Part shown: positions 50,367 to 64,000 of the stretch, in pieces | Numbering within the stretch: the first letter of the stretch is position 1 | Layout of the letters: every line of letters starts with the position of its first letter | DNA from: Dimorphilus gyrociliatus | Lineage: Eukaryota > Animalia > Annelida | Assembly (NCBI GenBank): GCA_904063045.1 | Contig: CAJFCJ010000096.1 | Location: forward strand, 1-64,000 | Direction of reading: 5' to 3' | Length of the DNA: 64,000 bases | The notes under the pieces: model-generated | Database searches by the model: none | Told to the model about the DNA's origin: nothing | What the model saw: only the letters and a program-made list of their open reading frames with translations | Position numbers and translations under genes: made by a program

Positions 50367-53300
50367 CTATGAAAATTTCAATGACCTCTCTTCTAAACTT
50401 CTTTTTAAAGATCTTTTTCTAGATCGTAAAATGTATCCAAAAATGAATATGATAGGATTAAGAAGTGAATTTAATGGCAAAATGAGTATAACTATCATGC
50501 TGTAAACATCATCTTTAATTTCCAATTTTATTATCTGGGCTAAAATTCCTTTGGAAAAAAAATAAAGCAAGGATACAGTAGAAAAATGGTGAGATTTGGA
50601 GAAAATTAGAGTCTAGAAGATTAAATTTAGGGAAAAAAGTCTAGTGTTTCTAGGGTCATAGGTTTAGGATAGAGTTCTCTCCCTTTATTTTAAATTAGCA
50701 AATTTACCCAAAAAAGAAAATGGAAACCATACAAGAATACTTGAAAATATTATAATTAAGACATTTCTATTTAATTTTCTACTTCTATTTGCAGTTTTAA
50801 CCAGTTTAGCCGACTGAAAAATTACTTTTATTAAATGAAAATATAGAATACTCATAGCTAAAGAGAATATTGGTATTAAAAGTCCAAAGATGAAGAATGA
50901 ATAAATCCAAGCCAACTTGTTTGCTGTTGATCTTATATGAACATTAAAGCAAATTGGAGTAAACTCCTTATGAAAAAAACCGAAATATTACAAACAAAGA
51001 TTAGGAAAAATAGTTTACCTCTTTAACTGCAAATTGTGCTAGAGTGGTTGCTAAGCAAAGTGCTATTGTTACTATTGATATTATTTTTGAGTATTTAACA
51101 AAAATTGATTTAGTAAATGGATTAACAACAGCTTGGTGTCTATCACAAGTGATTAATAGGCTACAGATTGTTGATGATTGAAGGGAAAACGTCATAATTT
51201 TCCCCAAGATCTGACAAACTCCACCAGTTCTCCATTGATCATCATTCTGTAGATAAATTCCTTTGAAATAGATATCAACAGAGGCAACCATCAATATATA
51301 TGATGACGTCAGCAAATCGCTAATTGCCAACAGAATATGAAAATTTTGTTTAAATCTAGTCACAATAGCAACAGAAATTGTAATGATATTGGCAGAAAAA
51401 CCAATTAAACCATAAATCCATAAAACAATTCTAATATAATTTGAACTAATTAAATTTGAACATGTCCGAAAATATGCCGTTGATGGATAACAAATGATGT
51501 TATCACTTAAATATTTCCAACTTAGGCAACACAATGAAAAACTTGTTCCAACAATAATTTCAATATTATTTAAGCCTTTAATCAAATTAACCAAATTTTT
51601 TGATGGTAAAATTGTATTATTTAAATAAAGTTTTGTCAATAAATTCAAATTTTTAAACACATTTTCCTCAATGTTTTTTATCTTACAATTCATCATTTTA
51701 AATTCAAATAATTTTGGTAAAATATTAAAAACGTCTTGTTGCATTATTGTAATTTTTGTATAAGAAATATCCAAATATCTTAACTGATAGCATTTTAAAG
51801 ATTTTAAAAATTTAATGGAATCTATTGAATTATTTGATAAATATAAATGTTGTAATAATTTTAGAGGTGTCACGTGATCATTGATGGTTTTATTGCTAAG
51901 GGCATTATTTTTTATAGAGAGATAAATTAGATTTGGAAATTTTTCCCAAGGATATATTAAACTTTTTTGTTGATTTTCAATTTTGAATATTGAAGTAGTA
52001 GTAGACATTTTAAAAGATTTTATCGGAATTGATCCAAATATTGCTATACTTTGAAAATTTTCACCCAATTCAATCAGTTCTTTTATCTCGTATTTATTAA
52101 ATGTTTCATTTGATAAAAATCTACAGGATATACTACTAGACAATTTAGATATTTTTAGGCAATTTTTGACAGATATATTTGAATTTGAACACAACAATTC
52201 ATCACTTCCGTATTGGCAATTGATGATATTATCACAAACTTTGTTGGGTAAAATATATAAAGTTTCATTTTGACATTTGAAAAAATGTTTTGGTTGGAAA
52301 TTATCTTTAGGAATTTTAAAATTAAATTTGAATTTAAAGAAAAAATTGGTGATAAAAAATCAATTCTACCACAATTAAGTTCATCATCATGATTATAACA
52401 ATGAAATATTCCATCACAAACTTGTTCAATCGATATACAATAATTTTCTCTTTGGCAAAGGTATTCTCCATATGAACATATGACTTCTGGGCAAGGTTTA
52501 CTTTGTAGAAATAAATTAGATATTGGTAATTTTTGAGAAGTTTCTTTATAGAAACAAGTTGAATGCTTTAAAGTGCTATTATTGTTATTGGTTTCAGTTA
52601 TCTCATCTATATAACCACAATCATTTTTTCCATCCTTTATTAAAGAATTTGAAATGCAGTTGGTTGAACATCTGAATTGATGTTCCTCATTACATCCTAT
52701 TTTGTAGCAAGAAATAGATATAAATAAAGTTTTAACAAAATGTTGATCCACATATTGCTCAATATGATTTCACCTTGAAAAAATTTTCTAGAAAGTGATT
52801 GCTCTCCAAAACAAATTTCATCACTTTTATCAAAGCAATTAATTTCATTATCACAAATTTTATTTGTAGGAATACATTGATTATTTCTGCAAGGCCTATA
52901 TTGAAGATATATATACACATAGATATATATATTAAATATTCTAAAAATAGATTTTACATTTGCAATGACTGGCACTTTTGATTTTCTAAAAAATATATAC
53001 AGTATATATGTATATATATATATATATATGTATAATAAATATAAGCAGTATGATTGGACAATTGAAAGTTTCACTCTAAGTATACGTTACTGCCAATATA
53101 ACTGAATGGTACCCTGTTCCATTCCCTATTATAACTATTTGTGTTAGGTGAAACATTTCAATTACTGATTATCTTAATAGTTATAATGATATTTAACCAC
53201 AATCAATTTCGTCAGAATGATCAGAACAATCCACAATGAAATTGCACACTTTATGAAAACTGATGAACTTTTCACTTGTAAAACATTTGAATAATGTTTT

Positions 53301-56300
53301 ATAATTTTTGAAACAATTTAATTCATCTTCGTAATTAGGACAATCGTCAATACCGTCGCAAACATAAAAGATATGAATATAAATTTCACTTTTCTGACAG
53401 AGAAATGTTACATCATGAAATAAAGGTGAAAAATTAGGAGAATTTTTATCAATTATTCCAAAATCAAATTGAATTTGAAAATCTTTAATAATAAAAGAAA
53501 ACAATGGGTTTTTATCGAATTTAAAAATATATCTTCTTAACTCTGAATTTCTTGGCATAATATCCATTTTGATACAATTTTATTACAGCTGATACTTTCT
53601 ATATCAAGATAAGCTCTGTATTTAACTATGTATTCTCTGTAATTGAAATCTCTTTTTCTTCCAGCTTTAATCTGAAAATAATGAAAAAATAATACAAAAC
53701 AGATGGCATTGATGTATTGTAAATTATCTTACGACGAAACTTAAATGTAAACAATCGCAAGAACTCGACGAACAGAAAGATCTTTTATTAAAATAATAAT
53801 TTCTATTATAATTTTCCAATATTTTTACTTTCTATGAAAAAATGTACAGAAACTGAATTAGTTGTTTGAAAAAATAATGATAAAAGTGTGAGTAGTATAA
53901 CATTTTCAATGAGAATCAATGGTAAATTCAATGATGTTCCACTACTGCTTGTATAGTAAAGTAATTTATTAATTTCTATACTTTTCTTAAAGACTGCAAA
54001 ATTTTTGTTTGAATTCAATTTTTCTTGATAAAAAACCAAAAATAATACTGTACTGAAGCCTATTGGAAGAATTTCTAAATTTGAATTCTTTTCTCTTATG
54101 TTTATAAAATTTTCAAAATAATTCAAAATGAATATTTTATTTAATGTTGGAAAGTCTGATAATAAAAAATTTTTCTTTTCACAGTAAAGTTTCATTTCAT
54201 TGGTGCTTATCCTTTCCGACTCTTCAAAAAGATAATAACACACATCGTTAATTGTAAAGGCAAAATCATTTTTACACCCTATTTTGTAAATGAACAAAAT
54301 TTTAACAACAAAAAATAAAGACAAAAATTTGTTTTGTTTTAAAACTGACCTGGAGCTTTAGGCCTACTGCATTCAATTAAATGGGGTGTCCATCTCAAAC
54401 TGAAGCTAGTAAGTTAAAAAATATATTATTGATTTTTAAAGAAAGACTTATTTTCTCAGTGATTTTGTCTCAGTTATTCTAAACAGAACAATAGAACATT
54501 TACAACTCTTAACAACCCAGTTTCAAAAATTTCTTTCCTTTTAGATCAACTGAAAGCAAAATATGAACTAAAACAATTTTTATTTACATATTTCCTTCAA
54601 CAATATGGCAATTCTCTAAAGATTGATTTCTCTTGCAATGAAATGAATGGAAGAAGAAAACTCGATGTTTTGCTTGATTTTTCCTTTGTATCACTTGTGG
54701 ATTGTTGATAATTGTTCCATAATTGAAACCAAAGGCTTTACAGATTTTTTGAATTTCAAAATATTTTATAAATTTAAATAAAAACCAATTGAAATTTTGA
54801 AAAATATGAAAGTTTCCTGTTAATTTATCAAAAGGATGATTTTCATTGAGATAAAGTGATAAACTTTCATTATGGTAGAATCTAAAAGCTAAAATAAACA
54901 TAAAATAGAACTAAAATTTCTATATGGCTTTTTCGTCAGAAATTTTTTTACTATGATTAAGTAATGATTCACAAGTTGGATCAAAAGTGAAAAAATCTCT
55001 AATAGCAGTTTTGTGATCAGCATGTTGAAACCTAAACCAGACAGGATTAACTAATAAACAGTTGCTATCAGGATTGTTTTTATTTGAACAGTTAAAAAAA
55101 GAGAGCTGTAGAATGATGACAGATAATATTTATCATTTATTCAATCTATTCATCTTGAAATAAATTAACTTACATCAGTTTGGCTGTATCTTCTTATTGG
55201 ACATGAAGTGGACTGTAAAGAGAACATTTTGCAAACTCTCCAACAAGGAAAAGTAGTTGTAGTTTGTTTGTCAAATGCTATCATCAATGGTCCGTAAGAT
55301 TTTGATAACATGTAATAATTTGGTATTGAATCCAATTTATACAAGAAAGATAATATAGAAGCGTGTTGGAAATTGATATTTGTCTTGTTCTTGTATTGAA
55401 TCTCTTTAAAGTATTTAGAACAAAATATTGTCAGAATTGGCAATAATTATTCAAAACTAAAAACACCTTCCATTTCTTCCAGACTGCATTTAATGTTTTT
55501 GTTATAAAAATGATATTCAGAAAAAAAAGATATTGCATATAATCCATTCGATGTGATCCTAATATTCCTAAAGTTAAAGTTTGCAAAATATCTGCCTTGA
55601 TGTGTAAATACAACTTTCCGGCAAAGCTTGCGTTTTTCTTTTCCAAGATTGCCTTCTAATTGGAATGTTTCAGTTGTACCATTGTGATAGGCTAAAGCAT
55701 ACTGATGTCCTCTTGAAGATAATTGAAAACTAAACAGATCTGTTGAATTTGTTGGTTTATTGGTTGATTTAGCATATTATGGTGGATCTTATCTTAAGTA
55801 AATGTAACAGATAAGATTATAAACATTTGTCAACAAGACTATTCAAAGCCAAAACTATAGAAGCAACTGCTGCTTAAGGCTTTCCTGACCTAGACTTTTG
55901 TTCCAATATATTTGTGAGTATTATTGTTCTGTTACAATTGCTTAGTCTAACCATTTTCATAGATAAATATTCTTACATTTAGCTGTTTTTTTAAAGCATT
56001 TTAAGAGTATTCCATGAGATATATTCTTCTTTGGCAAACTGAAAGGGAGTATAGTTTGTTACACTTCTCTGTGTGTGTGTGTGTGTGTCTAGAGGAAATA
56101 TCCAATATGCAAAGATTACTGGGACATTTCCTTTCTTTCTTTGTCTACAATAAGTTAAACGTACTAGTAGCAGCATTGAAATCCTTCATCCCATTCTTTT
56201 ATCTCAGCAAATTTTGATGGATTAGTGGCATTTAATTTAAATGGTAGCAAAAGTACATAAATATTATCAAAATTCATTTTCTCACACAACTTTTTTTGAT

Positions 56301-58133
56301 GGTCACGTTTGATATTTTTAAACTCAACAATATATTCCAACAATTCTTTTTTTATTTTAAAAATTCCCTCAACAAAAATATCTGTCTCCCTTAAAACATC
56401 AATCTTCAGATCTATAGATTCTTCATCCATAATCCCAGGTACTGCAGAGAAGACAGAAATTAACTTAGTTCTAATATAAAAATAATGTTGACAATAAATT
56501 TTTTCTACTATTTTTTATTGATTGTTTGCAAACAGGTTTTGCAGTGTAAAGTTGTTCCCTATTCTTTTCATATTCTAGAAAACAATTTTCTACTGTGTCT
56601 CCATAAAAATTACAGCCCGAAAGTACTAAATATTCCTGAAAACAGCAGAGAGTTTGTTATATGCAACAATTTATACAGTACCAATAACATATTTTTATTA
56701 TTAGCCACTCTAAATCCTGTAATAATTATGATTTTTATTTTCTAGAACAATACTACAAGTCTAGTAAAACATGACAATTATTTAATATGCTAGAAATTTC
56801 ATTCATGGATGTCTTAACCTTCCTCCATTCAATTACTAATTGTCTAGAACCTAGTTCACTTTATTAAGGCAGTTAAAGTTTTTTATTAAACAGACTGTTA
56901 CTTATTTTTGAAAATAGAAGAGGCCTTCCAAAAAAATTGGTTATCAGTACTATGTATTTGAATTTATTGTAATAAGCCTCTAACTCTACTCTCGTGTACA
57001 AAGGTGTAATGGCAATTATTCGGAGGTGGATCAGGCTCCATTGAAGCAAGGTAGCAAACAGAATAGCAATCATTTGTGATTTCTATAGTATGGTAAAAAT
57101 TAAGAGGGAAAATTCCATATGTTTTTGACAGGAAAAAGTAATCTGTGTCTTGGTAATCAAAAGAATGAAGATATTGAAAGCCCAATGACAAATTTGAAAT
57201 TATCTTTATAACTTTAAGATCTGCTTTATATGAATAAATAAGTAAAAATTTGGTCAAAAAATTGATTTTGTATAACCATTCAATTCCAAATAGGAACAAT
57301 GCATTTGAACAGAATCTATCATATTATTCAATTTTAAAATAATTGAATTGTTTTGAATAGAAAGAATAGCATTAGCAACAGATTTCTTAATTTTTATATC
57401 TTTACTATCAATAATAAATTCACTGTTTTTACATAAATCTTTTCTAAATTTTTCATGACTATAAATTTCATGGAATGAGTCATTTCTTCTTAAATACATA
57501 ATGTAATAATTAGTCATCATTTTTCTACTGAAGATATCTATAGATATAAATAGCTAATAATCTACTTTTATAGGTTTAACCACTAGTCAACAAACATTTG
57601 CTGGTCTTAGTGAAACAATTTAATAACAATGCGGCTACTGTATTTTCATTTTGTTCATTTGATTCTTTGTGAAAGTTTCTTAAAAAAAATAAAATTATTT
57701 TTTGATATTAAGTTTTTGGATTAAGAGAGAAAGAATATTCGCAAAATTGTTTTGTTCTCTTGTATAAACAATCGTCAGACTATTGAACTAACATTTGACA
57801 GCAATTATCCTCTACAGTCATAGAGACATATTCAATTCTTCTTGTCCGATTTAAGAACCATTTACTCGAAATAGAATAGAAAGAATCATAACCTAACTCT
57901 TCGCAAATTAAATTTGTAAAATTCAAATTATATTTATTATATTTAATGATATAAGTTAAATTATCATTGAAATCTTTTGTCTGTAAAACTCCTCTAATAA
58001 AATTTCTTCCACCATTTATTCTTTTTAATGATAATTCTCCATCAAATTTCAACATATTTGACAAAATTGAACAAAAATCTTTACATAGTACTATTGAAAT
58101 TATTAAAAACCCATTCTTTTGGAAGTCTGGCAT
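50367..58133 (-). CDS. GRL101/LGR-C-like GPCR C with extended ectodomain (the 55.0-57.5 kb exons may be a separate gene)
   Basis: SRCR-like exons (LICEELGYDSF; KICKAFGF), CTL-like NDVCY, many LDLa repeats (CDGIDDCPNYEDELNC), LRR, SFSLCC, TM3 LITCDRH and TM7 LPLNSLLNP. Confidence 0.75.
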
Positions 58134-58932
58134 TTTCTTTATTATAGTAAAAAGCAGAAATTGGAAATCACACCATTCTCATATAAAGTATTTTTCAGAC
58201 TTTAAAAATTCGTGTTAATCTATCTTTATAAAAAATTTCATTCTTAATTACTAATAGCCAATTGAAAAAAGAACATATCCTTCTTTCTAGTATTGTTATT
58301 GGACAATTAAATTATTGTACAAAAAAATTCAATCATCATGACAGATTTTTTTTTAACTTTCTTACACCAGTTTATTCTTAAAAGGGAAAAGGAAATTCTA
58401 TTTCAATGGCCAATTGGTAATTTTGATAAAAGTCTACTAGTTCAAGCTCTTTTAGTATTCCAATCTGTTGAGAATGTTTTCTGTCACATCCGATTGTTTC
58501 CTATACTAAAAAAAATATTTCATAAAACTACTCAATGAAATTTTATTTGTGTATTTCATTAAATGGTAAACTTGCCTTTAAACTTAACATTGTGATGGTT
58601 TATTGTCCAAACTATAAAAAGATGATTTAATCTAAATATACATTTTTTCAAGATTTTTCATTACGTTTGTATCATGTAATTGAATTATAAGATTTTCGAA
58701 TTCCTTTTCAACATTTATCAGTTTTCTCCAATCATTTTCGACCAGTATTTTTAATAATTTTAAATATTAACTGACTAACTTCTGCTGAGTGGTGACTGAA
58801 ACTCATTCTCTCATTGAATTCAACAATACTTTCAGACTATACAAGTGTAATGGCCACCATTTTCATATGGTCTTCTGTAAAGCTGTAATCTAAGTAATAG
58901 TAATAAATAGAAAATGGATCCAATAAGGTTGT

Positions 58933-59310
58933 CTAAAACATTCCATATTCATTTTTTATTTTTTTTAAACGGATTTCAATAAAAGATACAATTTCTGTTT
59001 TATTGAGTCCATCAGCAACCATTTCCTGAAATTGTTCATATTCTTCTAATAGTACTATCCAGAGTTTGATTGATTGAATAAAACTTTGGTCATGTGACCC
59101 TTGGCTAATCTTATTTACTTCGACAATAGCTTTTAAATAATGATAATAGTTGGAATTTCCGAAAAAACCATAAAGATTCGTTTCAAAATTATCACTAAAT
59201 GATTCAAAAAGAGAACACAGAAATTCCAAAATCCAGTAAGGGATATTGACATGTTCACTATGAAAGTTGGAATAGATTTCAAGAACAGGAATTAGCGTAT
59301 TGCTCAACAA
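58933..59310 (-). CDS. Exon of an unknown helical protein (flanking exons contain stops; possibly a pseudogene)
   Basis: 125-aa open frame with amphipathic-helix composition; no recognisable family. Confidence 0.35.
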   Translation of the reverse strand: MLSNTLIPVLEIYSNFHSEHVNIPYWILEFLCSLFESFSDNFETNLYGFFGNSNYYHYLKAIVEVNKISQGSHDQSFIQSIKLWIVLLEEYEQFQEMVADGLNKTEIVSFIEIRLKKIKNEYGMF

Positions 59311-60077
59311 ATCTTCATTCTTTACCCAGGAAAGATTGAGGAATGCTCCATTTTAAGTAGATTTTTATTTTCGTCGAAAACATTAACGATTTTATCAAAT
59401 GTCGTCTCAGCTGAGCATATTGGTTGGCATATAAGTTGCTTTAGAGAGATTTTCAACAATTTTATAACCTTTTTCAAATGATTTTATAATACTGTTAATT
59501 TTGTCATCACTCTGAGTTTTTACTGAATTGTGGGCAGCAAAGAGTATTCTCTTATATCTATTTTCATTATTGTAATAATCAGTTTTATTTATATGGAAAT
59601 ATTTCTCTGTAAAAAGAAATGAAATACAAAGATTTTTTTCATATTATTTATCTATTAAAACTATACCAGTTACTATTCCCTGTTCTCTCACACCGTTCTG
59701 TTACATTCACTCCCTTTTATACCTTGCTAGCGTCACTTAACTGGGCGTTTGACTGTGCTCATCCGTGGTGGCACGTATTATTTCTTTTTTTTTAGCTATT
59801 TATGACCTGACATCAAATCAACTAGGACAACATCGATGTACGACTGAGTTAAACGCCCCTGACGTGACACATAATCATTCTCTAATACATTCGCTGACTC
59901 TTTCTGACAGAGAACATACAAACGCTCTGTTTACTCTTTATATCAAGTTAATCATTTTTCTACTGTGATATCATGAGTGAATTTGAAAAGCTTTTACACA
60001 GCTACAATGGGATTGTCTATATATGCTTCACTGCTCTAAAATACTAAATTTAACACTTCAAATCTGCACATTTTGAA

Positions 60078-60983
60078 ATATGGCAGTAAAATGTAAAAAT
60101 TGCAAACTTACAGTTTATGGAAGACAGAAGAGAAAATTTTGTGTGCTTTGTAATGAGCTTCTACATGAGAAATGTCTCATCAGAATCGTTAATTCATCTG
60201 GTTAATTATAAATATACAATTATTTCCTTTTAGATTCGAAGACTAGAAGATCAAAAAATAGAAGAGAGAGATGCAATGGATGAGAATAAAGATGCAACAG
60301 ATAACGGCGAAGATGATGGTCTAACAGATTCAAGTATAAAAGACTATGAAATATTGGACAATGAGGTTATTGACACTTTCCAAGAAATTATGGATGACAA
60401 CTTTCAAATAATTAGGAATGGAAGTTAACTGGGAAAGGATATCCTGCTTAACAATGGCTTTTCATTCACACTTAAGGCTAAAACTTCTAAAAGAGCGCTG
60501 TAAAAGAACCAAAAAGCAGAGATGTCCTGCAAGAATTCACCAACAAGGAAATTCATATATAAAGGGGAGCAAAGAACACATTTATGAAGCATATGAATAT
60601 TTATCATCCAATATAGCAATAAGGAAAGATAGATGGCACTAATAAAAACACATTCCATGATTGAGTTCCAAGGTTGTGTATTTCATTTCACACAAGTAGT
60701 ATGTAGGAAAATACAAGTCAGTTATATTCATATACACACTATGTACATTGAATAAAGAAAAAGGAAATTATTGCATACAGATTAGCTTTTGGCATCCAGA
60801 GACTGTCAATTTTTAACCAAACAATTAGAACTAACAATGATTTTAAAGGATTACATAACTTATCGTTTTACATGATTATTCATGAACTGAAGAAGGAGGC
60901 TGAGTTAATTGTTAAAATGAAAAATAAATAGTTTGAAATCAAACTTTTAAATATTTCATAAATGGCCGTTTTCGACTGGTCCC
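60078..60983 (+). mobile_element. Mutator element relic: PHD-like finger, FLYWCH, MULE fragment and one TIR
   Basis: MAVKCKNC..FCVLCNELLHEKC; GKDILLNNGFSF..RCKRTKKQRCPARIH..H; QGCVFHFTQVVCRKIQ. The TIR at 60951-60983 matches the MITE end. Confidence 0.7.
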
Positions 60984-61556
60984 GTATTCTGCTTTATATT
61001 ATTAAATATGTGAAGTCTAAATTCAACAGTATTAAAAACATATTTAATAAATATGTGATGTACAAGTACCAGTTTTTTTCTCTTGCTATGACCAAGTAAA
61101 ACTATTGCTTTTGACACATATGGAAACAAAAGTTTCTTTCTGCAGCTGTAGCCATTAGAATGAACTATGCAAAATGCAATAAGATAATATTTATTAGAAA
61201 TATGTGCTATAGATTAAACTGTAGACAACACCCTCTGTAATACTTTTTTTAATTTCTTTAAGTATTTACTGAAAATATTCTACAAAACCACAAACTGTAC
61301 AAATACAATTCCAAGTTCATTATTTGTAGTATGCGCTGTCCTTTTTCATACATCAATTAAACTATTTTTATTAAAATTTTATTAAATCAATCAAAAAATG
61401 AAAAAAAGAGGAGACATCTAGTCAGTCAGTCAGGGATTAATTTAGCTTAATACTAATATTTTTTAGATTAGCAAACAATTTTCAAAGGGGAGACAGAGAG
61501 AACTAGTTTGGCAACTTTTTTAGTTGACAGAAATTCTACATAAATATTGTTTCTGA

Positions 61557-64000
61557 TTATCCAAGTCTATTTCTAATTTTAATGTTTTCAGAAAGACAAC
61601 TGATATCCATTTGTCTAAATTGAATATTCCAAATGTGAAAGGTTTTTAATTTTTTTTGGAAAAATATTGCATCATAAATGGAATTTCCAATCTTGGAGTT
61701 AATTCCACAAAGATTGCAAAATAATTCAGAGATTTGATGGCAATTCTTTCTTATGTTTTGAAAGATACCTTTTCCAACATCATTTCCAAATTGATTATTG
61801 CTGAAACATAATATTTTAAGTTGACTTTGCTGCCCAATCATCTCACCAATTACATTTCCAATATTAGGAGTAAAACCACAACTTTCAAATTTAAGAATTA
61901 CTATACAAGAACAGTTTTGTTGTAGATTATAAAATAGATTAAAACCAATATCATCTCCTATTTGGTTATTAGAAAATATTAATTCTTTAAGGGCTCTCTG
62001 TTGGCCTATTGCATCTCCTAAAATATTTCCAATTAACGGAGAAAATCCACAATTAGCAAATTTAAGTACAGAAATATTAAAGCAATTTTCTTTAATATTT
62101 TCAAATATATTTTTTCCAACATCATCTTGTAAAAAGTTTTCAGAGAAATATAAATATTCCAAACCTCTTTGTTTTCCAACAGCATCTCCAATACAATCTC
62201 CAATATGAAATGTAAAATTACAACTTTCAAAGTGAAGAAATGTAAGTCTATTACATTTTCTTTTTAAATTTTCAAAAATACTTTTTCCAACATTATTTCC
62301 AAAAGAATTTTGAGAGAATGAAAGTCTTCTAATTCGGGTTTGTTGACCAATGAATTTACCCACAATATCACCAATATTGGAGGTTAATCCACAATTCGCA
62401 ATATTTAAATTTAAAATATTACAGCAACTTTCTTTAATCCTTTCAAAGATATATTTTCCGAGATTATCTCCCAATGGATTATTAGCTAGACATAAATCTT
62501 TGAGATTGTTTCCTTGTTTACTAATAGCATTGCCAATAACTCTACCAATTTCAGATGTAAAATTACAATTCCTAAAATTAAAATTTTCTATCATACAACA
62601 ATTCATTTCAACATTTTCAAAAATACATCTCCCAACATCATTTCCAAGTGAATTATTATATAATGACAACATTCTCAAATTAGCTTGTTCAGCTATTGCA
62701 TAACCAACAACATTTCCAATTTCAGATGTAAATCCGCAATTATTGCAATCGATTATTTCGATTTTTCTACAATTTTTTTGAATATTTTTAAAAATATATC
62801 TACCAATGACACTACATAGTTGATTATTGCAGAGTGAGAGTACTTTTAACTCAGTAAAATTAGCAATTGCATCACCAATTATATAACTCAAATTTGAAGT
62901 GAAGTCACAATTACGAACATTTAAAAATTCTAAATTCAAACACTCTGATATCATACTTGAAAAGATGTTCTTTCCAACTATATCACCTAATTTATTATCT
63001 TTTATACTTAAGGTAATAAGGGAACATTGTTTACCAATAGCATCACCAATAATATTTCCAATTCTATAAGTAAATCCACAATTTGAACATTTCAAATTGC
63101 ATAGTTTTGTACAATTTTCATTTAAATTTTTAAATATCACTCTCCCAATATCATCACCAAAATTATTATCACTAATATCTAACACTTTCAAATCTTTTTG
63201 TCTGCCAATCATATTTCCAAGAAAATTGCCAATTTTACAAGTAAATCCACAATTTTTAATAGCCAAATAAGTTAATTTTTGACAATTTTGATATAGTTTT
63301 TCAAATAGATTTTTACCAATGTCATCCCCAAACCTATTTCCAGAGATATGTAATACATCCAAATTAGTTTGTTGACCAATACCATTAGAAAAAGAATATC
63401 CAATTTTTGAAGTAAATTTACAATTTTCAAATTTAAGAAAAACTATTTGAAAACAAATTTGTTGAATTGATTGAAAAATACAAGAACCAACATAATCTGT
63501 AAGTGCATTATCAGAAGAAGAAATACTTTTAAGATAAGTTAATTGACCAATTGCATTGCCTATAATATCATCAATTTTTGATGTAAATCCACAATTATAA
63601 TATTCAAGTTCTGAAATTTTTTTACATTTCAATTTAATGTTTGAAAATATATTTGCTCCAATAGAGTCTCTTAAATTATTTTCAGATAAAAAAAGAGATC
63701 TAAGATTTGTTTGTTGGCCTATTGCATCACCTAAAGTATTTCCAATTTGTGAAGTAAATCTACAATTGCTCAGATCTAAACATTTAATATATTGACAATA
63801 TTTCTTTATGTTATAGAATAAATGTCTACCAACAAAATTACCAAGATTATTGTTGAATATATATAATTCATTAAGATATTTTTGTTGACCAATTGCATCA
63901 CCAAGAATATCACCAATTTCTGATGTAAATCCACAATCATTAAAATTGATTTTACGAATATTTCGACAATTATTACTAATATTTTGAAAAATATTTTTTC
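61557..64000 (-). CDS. Large RI-type LRR ORF, second subfamily (open to the window end, over 800 aa)
   Basis: 57-aa unit CGFTxxIGxxIGDAIGQQxxLxxLxLSxNxLGDDVGKxIFENIKENC. I found no stop between 63632 and the window end. Confidence 0.85.
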   Translation of the reverse strand, partial: KNIFQNISNNCRNIRKINFNDCGFTSEIGDILGDAIGQQKYLNELYIFNNNLGNFVGRHLFYNIKKYCQYIKCLDLSNCRFTSQIGNTLGDAIGQQTNLRSLFLSENNLRDSIGANIFSNIKLKCKKISELEYYNCGFTSKIDDIIGNAIGQLTYLKSISSSDNALTDYVGSCIFQSIQQICFQIVFLKFENCKFTSKIGYSFSNGIGQQTNLDVLHISGNRFGDDIGKNLFEKLYQNCQKLTYLAIKNCGFTCKIGNFLGNMIGRQKDLKVLDISDNNFGDDIGRVIFKNLNENCTKLCNLKCSNCGFTYRIGNIIGDAIGKQCSLITLSIKDNKLGDIVGKNIFSSMISECLNLEFLNVRNCDFTSNLSYIIGDAIANFTELKVLSLCNNQLCSVIGRYIFKNIQKNCRKIEIIDCNNCGFTSEIGNVVGYAIAEQANLRMLSLYNNSLGNDVGRCIFENVEMNCCMIENFNFRNCNFTSEIGRVIGNAISKQGNNLKDLCLANNPLGDNLGKYIFERIKESCCNILNLNIANCGLTSNIGDIVGKFIGQQTRIRRLSFSQNSFGNNVGKSIFENLKRKCNRLTFLHFESCNFTFHIGDCIGDAVGKQRGLEYLYFSENFLQDDVGKNIFENIKENCFNISVLKFANCGFSPLIGNILGDAIGQQRALKELIFSNNQIGDDIGFNLFYNLQQNCSCIVILKFESCGFTPNIGNVIGEMIGQQSQLKILCFSNNQFGNDVGKGIFQNIRKNCHQISELFCNLCGINSKIGNSIYDAIFFQKKLKTFHIWNIQFRQMDISCLSENIKIRNRLG

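Noticed and set aside
59720-59870. GC-richer stretch with an imperfect inverted repeat, as a structured ncRNA
   Set aside because: Pairing is weak; more plausibly a promoter or TE end.

Overview
AT-rich, gene-dense eukaryotic (animal) DNA with very short GT-AG introns (about 45-65 bp where I resolved them). The gene content (LDLa-LRR GPCRs, NACHT, caspase, PAN, F-type lectin, DEG/ENaC) suggests a compact-genome invertebrate, possibly a lophotrochozoan; this is inference only. No prokaryotic, rRNA, tRNA or CRISPR signal was seen. Main contents: (1) an innate-immunity-like block at about 1-19.3 kb with ribonuclease-inhibitor-type (57-aa A/B unit) LRR ORFs, three tandem NACHT modules followed by a spliced caspase domain with an altered S1 pocket, and a RING-B-box-coiled-coil-LRR gene; (2) PAN/apple and F5/8C-lectin genes, a small secreted Cys-rich peptide gene, and a DEG/ENaC-like gene with an apparently very short ectodomain; (3) three paralogous GRL101-like GPCR genes (SRCR-like/CTL-like/LDLa/LRR/7TM). 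Two of these are convergent and share an apparently identical 882-bp inverted tract that includes an intron, so recombination between the tracts would swap their 7TM halves; (4) many DNA-transposon relics: Tc1-like DD35E, mariner, Mutator, and a three-copy Mutator MITE with 9-bp TSDs. Exon boundaries were read by eye and are approximate unless stated.
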